Source: Candidatus Fervidibacterota bacterium | GTDB taxonomy: Bacteria; Armatimonadota; Fervidibacteria; Fervidibacterales; Fervidibacteraceae | Assembly: GCA_040290365.1 (NCBI GenBank) | Contig: PSNA01000003.1 | Coordinates: 138,737-170,736, forward strand | DNA: 32,000 nucleotides | Direction of reading: 5' to 3' | Shown: one piece after another, positions 25,984 through 32,000 of the stretch | Numbering within the stretch: position 1 is the stretch's first letter | Layout of the letters: each line of letters opens with the position of its first letter | Program-made: the position numbers and the translations under genes | Notes under the pieces: model-generated | The model's database searches: none | Told to the model about the DNA's origin: nothing | The model's input: only the letters and a program-made list of their open reading frames with translations

Positions 25984-26356
25984 GCTGTCCATCGCCCAGT
26001 GCCTGGTCGAGCTGGCCACCGAGGAGGCGCGGCGCCACGGCATGGGGCGCATCCGGGCGGTCCACCTGCGGGTGGGCGTGCTCTCGGGGGTGGTTACGGA
26101 GGCGCTGCGCTTCTGCTTCGATGTCGCCACGGCGGGGACGATGCTGGAAGGAGCGAAGCTGATCATCGACGAGGTGCCCGTGGAGATCTTCTGCCCGCGC
26201 TGCGCCGAGCCGCGAACGCTATCCGCGCCGTTGCCAATGGCTTGCCCGGTGTGCGGGACGCGGTCGGCGCAGGTGCTGCGGGGGCGGGAGCTGGAGCTGT
26301 ACGCCTTGGAAGGCGAGGCGGTTCACAGTGGCGACACCGCGGATCGTGGAGCTTAG
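25976..26356 (+). CDS. hypA: Hydrogenase nickel-insertion protein HypA
   Basis: N-terminal MHE nickel motif (MHELSIAQ) and two CxxC pairs (CPRC...CPVC). Confidence 0.9.
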   Translation: MHELSIAQCLVELATEEARRHGMGRIRAVHLRVGVLSGVVTEALRFCFDVATAGTMLEGAKLIIDEVPVEIFCPRCAEPRTLSAPLPMACPVCGTRSAQVLRGRELELYALEGEAVHSGDTADRGA

Positions 26357-27050
26357 GCAGAACGTGCTGCAGAAGAACGACCTCCTGGCCCGGGAGCTGC
26401 GCGGGCGCTTCCGGGAAGCCGGGGTCTACGTGGTGAACCTGGTGTCCAGTCCGGGCGCCGGGAAGACCACGCTGCTGCGGGAGACGCTGGTCCGCCTGCG
26501 GGAGCGCTACCGGGTGGCGGCTTTGGTGGGGGACCTGGCCACAGAGAACGATGCGCGCCGGCTGAGCGAGAGCGGTGCCCCGGCGCGGCAGATCACCACA
26601 GGGACCGTGTGCCACCTGGAAGCGGAGATGGTGGGGCGGGCCCTCGAGGGTTGGGACCTGGCCCAGCTCGACCTCCTCTTCATCGAGAACGTGGGGAACC
26701 TGGTCTGCCCGGCAGCCTACGACCTGGGCGAGGACCTGCGCGTGCTCCTCTTCTCGGTGACCGAGGGCGAGGACAAGCCGGCCAAGTACCCCCCCATCGT
26801 CCTGGGCGCGGACCTGGTCCTGCTCACCAAGGTGGACCTGGCCGACGCGATCGGGTTCGACCGGCAGCGCTTCTACGCCGCGCTGCAGGAGGTCCGGCCG
26901 GACGTGCCCGTGCTGGAGGTGTCCGCACGCACCGGCCAAGGGCTCGACGCGTGGCTGGCGCGGCTGGAGGAGGGGGTGCGGGCGAAGCAGGGGTCCACGG
27001 TGGCGGTTCCTGGGGGCGGTGGGGATGTCGGCGGAGGGAACGCGCGGTAG
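26328..27050 (+). CDS. hypB: Hydrogenase nickel-incorporation GTPase HypB
   Basis: P-loop SSPGAGKTTLL. CH motif GTVCHLEA. ENVGNLVCP and TKVDL (NKxD-like) are present. GTG start overlaps the hypA end. Confidence 0.9.
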   Translation: MATPRIVELRQNVLQKNDLLARELRGRFREAGVYVVNLVSSPGAGKTTLLRETLVRLRERYRVAALVGDLATENDARRLSESGAPARQITTGTVCHLEAEMVGRALEGWDLAQLDLLFIENVGNLVCPAAYDLGEDLRVLLFSVTEGEDKPAKYPPIVLGADLVLLTKVDLADAIGFDRQRFYAALQEVRPDVPVLEVSARTGQGLDAWLARLEEGVRAKQGSTVAVPGGGGDVGGGNAR

Positions 27051-27075
27051 CGCGATGGAAGAAAGGAGGTGGGCT

Positions 27076-28048
27076 ATGGCGAACCTCCTGTGGTTGCACG
27101 GGGGAGCCTGTAACGGCAACACGCAGTCCTTCCTCAACGCAGAGGAGCCGACGGTGGTCGACCTCGTGACCGACTTCGGCATCAACATCCTGTACCACCA
27201 CTCCATCTCCATGGAGTTCGGCGAGGGTGCTCGCCGCATCCTGGAGTCGATCCTGGATGACGAGATCCCCCTGGACATCCTGGTCTTCGAGGGTACGGTG
27301 ATCCTCGGTCCCAACGGCACCGGTCGCTACGATATATTCATGGGCCGGCCCATGAAGGATTGGCTCTGGGAGTTGGCCCACAAGGCCCAGTACGTGGTGG
27401 CCGTGGGCGATTGCGCCTGCTGGGGAGGGATCCCCGCCACCTACCCGAACCCGACCGACTCCATGGGGTTGCAGTTCCTGAAGGACAAGCGCGGCGGCTT
27501 CCTCGGCCCGGACTTCCGTTCCCGGGCGGGACTGCCGGTGATCAACATCCCCGGGTGTCCAGCCCACCCCGACTGGGTGACCCAGGTGCTGGTGGCCATC
27601 GCCACCGGGCGGGCGGAGGACGTGGTACTGGATGAGCTGCAGCGCCCCCAGACCTTCTTCAAGACCTTCACCCAGACGGGCTGCACCCGCGTGCAGTACT
27701 TCGATGTGGAAGGAACCCGTGGAGGAATTCGGGCAGGGCACGCGCAAGGGTTGCCTCTTCTACGAGTTCGGCTGCCGCGGTCCGCTGACCCATTCACCCT
27801 GCAACCGGATCCTCTGGAACCGGCAGTCGTCCAAGACCCGTGCGGGTATGCCGTGCCTCGGCTGCACCGAGCCCCAGTTCCCGCACTTCGACCTGGCCCC
27901 GGGGACGGTCTTCAAGACCCAGAAGGTCTTCGGCACCGTCCCGCGCGAGGTCCCGGCGGGCACCGATCCCTTGAGCTACATGGTTCACGCGGCCGTCGCG
28001 CGCTCCGTGGCCCCCAAGTGGGCCCGCGAGGACATGTTCGTGCCCTAA
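27076..28048 (+). pseudogene. [NiFe]-hydrogenase small subunit without a Tat signal, interrupted by a 1-nt frameshift near 27712-27718
   Basis: The ATG at 27076 lies 5 nt after GAAAGGAGGTG. Frame 1 encodes LWLHGGACNGNTQS, LDILVFEGTV, GDCACWGGIPA, NIPGCPAHPDW and GCTRVQYFDVEG. The conserved C-terminal half (PVEEFGQGTRKGCLFYEFGCRGPLTHSPCNRILWN...GMPCLGCTEPQF) continues only in frame 2, to the TAA at 28046-28048. Confidence 0.8.
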
Positions 28049-28105
28049 GCCGTGAGGAGCCTGTGCAGCCTGACCGGGCGACAGGTGCGAGGAGGAGGGT
28101 GAGCC

Positions 28106-29737
28106 ATGGCGGAGGTCAAGTTGGGCGAGCGCCAGGAGATCTACGTGCACGCCCTGGGTCGCGTCGAGGGTGACCTGGACGTCAAGGTCCTCATCGAGGA
28201 CGGGGTCGTGGTCGATGCCTGGACGCAGGCCACCATGTTCCGGGGCTTCGAGATCATCCTCAAGGGCAAGGATCCCCAGGCGGGCCTGATCGTGACGCCC
28301 CGCATCTGTGGCATCTGCGGGGGCAGCCATCTCTACAAGTCGGTCTACGCGCTGGATACGGCCTGGCGTACCGAGGTCCCGCCGAACGCCACGCTGATCC
28401 GCAACATCGCGCAGGCCTGCGAGTCGTTGCAGAGCATCCCGCGCTGGTTCTACGCCCTGTTTGCCATCGGCCTGACGCACAAGAAGTACCGGCATAGCCA
28501 CCTCTACGAGGAAGTGTGCCGGCGCTGGGCACCCTTCACGGGGACCAGCTACGAGGTCGGTGTGGTCACCTCGGCCAAGCCCGTGGAGATCTATGCCATC
28601 TTCGGCGGCCAGTGGCCCCACTCCAGCTTCATGGTGCCCGGCGGGGTGATGTGCGGCCCCACGCTCTCGGACATCACGCGCTCCATCTCCATCCTGGAGT
28701 ACTACCGGACCACGTGGCTCGAGCCCGTGTGGCTGGGCTGCTCGGTAGACCGCTGGCTGGAGAACAAGAGCTGGAGTGACGTGCTGGAGTGGCTGGATGA
28801 GAAGCCGGAACACTTCAACTCGGACCTTGGGCTGTTCATCCGCTACTCCATGGACATCGGCCTCGACAAGATGGGTGCGGGACTGGGCAAGTACCTGGCC
28901 ATGGGCACCTTCTTCCACCCCGAGAAGTACCGCTTCCCCACCATCGAGGGGCGGAACGCAGCCCTCATCTCCCGGTCGGGGGTCTATGACGGAAGCAACT
29001 TCCACGACTTCGACCAGGCGCGGGTGCGCGAGGACATCACCTACTCGTACTTCCGGGGCGAGTCGTTCCTGCACCCCTTCGAAGGCGTCACGGAGCCCTT
29101 GGATCCGGCCGAGGCCGAGAAGCAGGGCAAGTACAGCTGGGCGAAGGCGCCCCGCTACGACCTGCCCGGCGTGGGACCGATCCCCCTCGAGGCGGGACCC
29201 CTGGCGCGCCAGGTCGTCGCCGGCCGTCCGGGGGCCGAGCCGTGGCAGGACTACGACCCGCTTTTCCTCAACATCGTCAAGGAGATCGGACCCAGCGTCA
29301 TGGTGCGCGTCTTGGCCCGCATGCACGAGGCGCCCAAGTACTACAAGCGGGTGATGGAGTGGCTGAAGCAGGTGGACCTGGACGAGAAGTTCTACATCAA
29401 GCCGCGGGAGCTGCCCGAGGGTCGTGGCTTCGGTGCCACGGAGGCGATCCGGGGTGCGCTGGCCGACTGGATCGTGCTCAAGGACGGCAAGATCGAGAAC
29501 TACCAGGTGATCACCCCCACCGCCTGGAACATCGGTCCGCGGGACCGCTTCGGCCAGCGCGGCCCCATCGAGACGGCCATGATCGGTACCGAGATCGAGA
29601 ATCCGGAAGACCCGGTGGAGCTGGCCCACATCGCCCAGAGCTACGACTCGTGCCTGGTCTGCACGGTCCACGCCTACGACGCTAAGACCCACAAGGAGCT
29701 GGCGCGCTTCACGTTCGGGCCTGGCGGCACCCTGTGA
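28106..29737 (+). CDS. [NiFe]-hydrogenase large subunit (Group-2-like by motif)
   Basis: 543 aa. The N-terminal Cys pair is RICGICGGSH and the C-terminal pair is DSCLVCTVH. After the final His a 21-aa extension remains, the substrate for the maturation endopeptidase. Confidence 0.9.
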   Translation: MAEVKLGERQEIYVHALGRVEGDLDVKVLIEDGVVVDAWTQATMFRGFEIILKGKDPQAGLIVTPRICGICGGSHLYKSVYALDTAWRTEVPPNATLIRNIAQACESLQSIPRWFYALFAIGLTHKKYRHSHLYEEVCRRWAPFTGTSYEVGVVTSAKPVEIYAIFGGQWPHSSFMVPGGVMCGPTLSDITRSISILEYYRTTWLEPVWLGCSVDRWLENKSWSDVLEWLDEKPEHFNSDLGLFIRYSMDIGLDKMGAGLGKYLAMGTFFHPEKYRFPTIEGRNAALISRSGVYDGSNFHDFDQARVREDITYSYFRGESFLHPFEGVTEPLDPAEAEKQGKYSWAKAPRYDLPGVGPIPLEAGPLARQVVAGRPGAEPWQDYDPLFLNIVKEIGPSVMVRVLARMHEAPKYYKRVMEWLKQVDLDEKFYIKPRELPEGRGFGATEAIRGALADWIVLKDGKIENYQVITPTAWNIGPRDRFGQRGPIETAMIGTEIENPEDPVELAHIAQSYDSCLVCTVHAYDAKTHKELARFTFGPGGTL

Positions 29738-29791
29738 GGGAGCCAGTACGGACATCGGGTGCGGTAGCCGGGTCGGGGGAGGGGGCCGAGG

Positions 29792-30271
29792 GTGGTCGTC
29801 ATCATCGGATGCGGCAACCTGCTGCGGCGGGACGACGGGGTCGGCCCGCTGCTGATTCGCCGCCTCTGGGAGCTCGGCCCCCCGCCCGGCGTACGCTTGG
29901 CCGATGGCGGAACGGCGGGCATGGACGTGGCCTTCCAGATCGACGGCGCGGCAGAGCTCATCATCGTGGACGCCTGCCGGACGGGTGCGGCGCCGGGCAC
30001 CATCTTCGAGGTGCCCGGGGAAGAGCTGGAGACGCCGCCCCTTCAGGCCATGAACCTGCACGACTTCCGCTGGCAGCACGCCTTGGCCTTCGGCCGCTGG
30101 CTCCTCAAGGACCGCTTCCCGAAGAAGGTCACGGTCTTCCTCATCGAGGCCGAGACCCTCGAGCCCGGCATCGGGCTCTCCCCGGCGGTGGAGAAGGCTA
30201 TGGAGCGCCTGGCAAGGGAGCTCTTGCGGCGGGTGGGGGCCGACGCCCATGCGCGTGGAGATCACGCCTAG
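29792..30271 (+). CDS. Hydrogenase maturation endopeptidase (HybD/HupD/HyaD family)
   Basis: 159 aa with VIIGCGNLLRRDDGVG, IIVDACRTGAAPG and NLHDF, typical of the family. GTG start. Confidence 0.85.
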   Translation: MVVIIGCGNLLRRDDGVGPLLIRRLWELGPPPGVRLADGGTAGMDVAFQIDGAAELIIVDACRTGAAPGTIFEVPGEELETPPLQAMNLHDFRWQHALAFGRWLLKDRFPKKVTVFLIEAETLEPGIGLSPAVEKAMERLARELLRRVGADAHARGDHA

Positions 30272-30551
30272 CGGATACCTGGTCCTGCCGGCCGAGGTGG
30301 CGTCCCGGTTCCCGACGGGGACGGCCATCGCGCTGGTGCGCGATGGAGAATTGTGGCTGATGCCGGTCAACCATCCTGGAGGCGGGGGCCTCTTGCTCAA
30401 GATCCGCAACCCGCGCGGGGACCGGAGCGTGCTGGTGCAGGAGCTCCTTCCAGAGGCGACCGAGCCCGGGGTGCGGGAGGCCTTCTGGGACGAAGAGGCA
30501 GGGGCCCTGCGCGTTCCCCTCGCTCGGGTTCCCCAGGTGTCTCGACGGTAG
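30249..30551 (+). CDS. Small hypothetical protein, possibly with a SpoVT/AbrB-like swapped-hairpin N-terminus
   Basis: 100 aa. VEITPSGYLVLPAEVASRFPTGTAIALVRDGELWLMPV resembles the AbrB/MazE pattern. The ATG overlaps the endopeptidase end by 23 nt. It could also be a chance open frame in high-GC DNA. Confidence 0.35.
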   Translation: MRVEITPSGYLVLPAEVASRFPTGTAIALVRDGELWLMPVNHPGGGGLLLKIRNPRGDRSVLVQELLPEATEPGVREAFWDEEAGALRVPLARVPQVSRR

Positions 30552-30562
30552 GTGATATCTCG

Positions 30563-31843
30563 GTGACACCGGTTTCGATCGCGCTGCGCCCCCAACCCAT
30601 CGGGGTGTTCCCAGGGATCGCGGGCTCTCTGCTGCTCCCACCGGTCCCCGGAGCTGAGGAGTCGCTGGCGGCGTTGATGAAGGGCCGGTTGCCCCCGCAC
30701 TGGCCCGAGGCCTGGCAGTTCTTCGCCCGGGCGGTGGAGGGGCACGACGAGGCCGCGGTGCTGGAGGCCTTGCCGGAGGGTGAGGAGGGCATCTTCAACC
30801 GCGTGGTCCTCCGGCCCACCTCCGACGTGTATACCTGGGCTCGGGAACGCCTCGAGGGCGAGTACCGGCTGCTCTTGGACGCCGTGGCTTGGCGGGCTGG
30901 ACTTTTGCCCGAGCCGCCGGACGTACCGCCGGAGGTGGACGGCGAGCTGCGGGCGTTCTTGCTGGGCTGTCGGGCCCACGCGGCGCTGGAGCGGGGCGCG
31001 CGGGAGGAGGGGCTGGAGGCGCTGGAGGCTGCGGCCGCCGCGGAGGAGGTTTCCCCGGTCCTGGCGGCACGCCTCCTGGGGGAGTGGGCCGCCCTCCGGC
31101 ACGCGGCCGTGGGACTGCGTAGCAAAGGAAGTGGGATTGAAAGGGACGTGATCCGCGGCTACCGGAGGGCGCTGGAGCTGCTGGACGGGACAGGCCTGCC
31201 CGAGCTCCGTGCGGAGCTCTGGTTCCAGCTCGGTGCCGTCTACCAGTCGCGGGGAGGCGAGGGGGGCAAGGGCATCCTCCTCGAGGCGGCGCGTTGCTAC
31301 CAAGAGGCCCTGAAGGTCTTCCGGCGGGACACCTGCCCGGAGGCCTACGCCCTGACGCAGATGAACCTGGCCCTGGTGTACCTCGCCATGCCCCAAAACG
31401 ATCGTTCGTGGCCCGTACGCGCCGCGGTGGCCGTGCAGGCGCTGCGGGAAGCTTTGCGCGTCTTCCGCCGCGAGACCCATCCGGAGATGTGGGCCAGCGC
31501 CACCTTGAACCTGGCGAACGCGCTGCAGCACCTGCCCTCGGCCCACCCCGAGGAAAACCTGTGGGAGGCGGTAGTCCTCTACGACGAGGTCCTGGCGGTG
31601 CGCCGTCCCGAGGACGACCCGGTAGGCTACGCGCGGGTGCTGGCCAACCAGGGCAATGCCCTCGCCCACCTGGGAGCCTTTTCGCGCGCGGTGCCGCGTC
31701 TTCAGGAGGCGCGGCGTCTGTTCCTCGAGCATGGTGAGGCCGAGGCCGCCGGCGCGGTGGACCGCGTGCTGGCCGAGATTGCGCAGGCCCGCGCCGCGCA
31801 GGACCGGGCGCTGGGGCGCGTGCCGTCGGGCGGCCCCTCCTGA
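30563..31843 (+). CDS. TPR-repeat protein
   Basis: The GTG at 30563 lies 7 nt after AGGTGA. The C-terminal half shows reiterated motifs of about 40 aa (EALKVFRRDTCPEAYALTQMNLALVY, EALRVFRRETHPEMWASATLNLANAL, YARVLANQGNALAHLG). The upstream part of the 30353 ORF overlaps the previous gene and looks non-coding. Confidence 0.65.
   Translation: MTPVSIALRPQPIGVFPGIAGSLLLPPVPGAEESLAALMKGRLPPHWPEAWQFFARAVEGHDEAAVLEALPEGEEGIFNRVVLRPTSDVYTWARERLEGEYRLLLDAVAWRAGLLPEPPDVPPEVDGELRAFLLGCRAHAALERGAREEGLEALEAAAAAEEVSPVLAARLLGEWAALRHAAVGLRSKGSGIERDVIRGYRRALELLDGTGLPELRAELWFQLGAVYQSRGGEGGKGILLEAARCYQEALKVFRRDTCPEAYALTQMNLALVYLAMPQNDRSWPVRAAVAVQALREALRVFRRETHPEMWASATLNLANALQHLPSAHPEENLWEAVVLYDEVLAVRRPEDDPVGYARVLANQGNALAHLGAFSRAVPRLQEARRLFLEHGEAEAAGAVDRVLAEIAQARAAQDRALGRVPSGGPS
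31129..31153 (+). repeat. Internally deleted relic of the 30-nt dispersed repeat, in frame inside the TPR gene
   Basis: GTAGCAA-AGGA-AGTGGGATTGAAAG. The 7-nt head and the 14-nt tail are identical to copy 2, and 9 internal nt are replaced by 4. It forms a low-GC patch in a roughly 70% GC gene. Confidence 0.7.
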
Positions 31844-31886
31844 GCGCCCCGCGGACGGGACGGCCTCCGGGAGGAGAGCAGGAGCC

Positions 31887-32000
31887 ATGGAACCCCACGA
31901 GCGCCAGATCGTGGACCTGCTGATGAACCTGGCCGTTGAGTATTTCAGCGAGCGGATCGTCCAGCGCAACGGGGGTGCCGGCCGTGCCCTGGAGCGGCTG
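31887..32000 (+). CDS. Hypothetical protein, 3' end outside the window
   Basis: The ATG at 31887 lies after GGGAGGAG. The open frame MEPHERQIVDLLMNLAVEYFSERIVQRNGG runs to the window edge. No family was recognised. Confidence 0.3.
   Translation, partial: MEPHERQIVDLLMNLAVEYFSERIVQRNGGAGRALERL

Noticed and set aside
25437-26162. ORFs 25437-25820 (-) and 25521-26162 (+) overlapping tRNA-Leu and the DUF1641 gene
   Set aside because: They run through a well-folded tRNA gene and across the composition break. Their translations are R/G/P-rich nonsense.
26163-27747. Minus-strand ORFs of 385 and 307 codons, and the + strand ORFs 26609-27169 and 25999-26436
   Set aside because: They overlap hypA, hypB and the small subunit, which carry clear family motifs. 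Their composition is low-complexity R/P/G/A. They are high-GC shadow frames.
27794-31969. A 1391-codon ORF on the minus strand covering the whole hydrogenase cluster
   Set aside because: It is codon-aligned antisense to the frame-2 genes (large subunit, endopeptidase, TPR). In that phase, stops would require the sense codons TTA/CTA/TCA, which are nearly absent at this GC content. The translation is Arg/Gly/Pro/Ala-rich with no recognisable domain. This is a classic high-GC shadow ORF.

Overview
The window is a compositional mosaic. Bases 1 to about 25,600 look like core chromosome of a thermophilic bacterium. Hand counts give 58% GC for 1021-1080 and 48% for the spacer 25381-25440. This part carries larB (partial), rpsA, polA, a multi-pass membrane protein, sppA, aroQ and the ffh / rpsP / KH-protein / rimM / trmD cluster. 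It also carries a secreted Gly/Pro/Met-rich protein with a PKD-like end, a cytoplasmic Gfo/Idh/MocA oxidoreductase, a small membrane coiled-coil protein and reverse gyrase. Downstream lie a head-to-tail array of Tat-signal Gfo/Idh/MocA (possibly GH109-like) paralogs (5 intact, 1 decayed), an RsmB/NOP2-type m5C RNA methyltransferase and tRNA-Leu(GAG) with its promoter. About 50 nt after the tRNA the composition jumps (70% GC for 25621-25680, 73% for 26401-26460) into a [NiFe]-hydrogenase cluster. That cluster holds an apparently 5'-truncated DUF1641 gene, hypA, hypB, a signal-less small subunit interrupted by a frameshift, the large subunit, the maturation endopeptidase, a small AbrB-like ORF and a TPR protein. 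The most unusual signal is a 30-nt GTAG-headed hairpin repeat (GTAGCAATCGCACCATAGTGGGATTGAAAC/G). It has the length and termini of a CRISPR repeat but the architecture and distribution of a REP element. It occurs as four solitary intergenic copies pressed against stop codons. Two copies form an inverted pair around a single gene, and an internally deleted in-frame relic lies inside the TPR gene of the high-GC segment. Other points worth a second look are the tRNA-adjacent junction, non-canonical Fe-S ligand motifs in the small subunit, and the paralog array. No CRISPR array, cas genes, rRNA, transposase or integrase were seen. Taxonomy cannot be established without a search. Reverse gyrase plus expanded Tat-signal Gfo/Idh/MocA genes is reminiscent of thermophilic Armatimonadota, but that is a guess.
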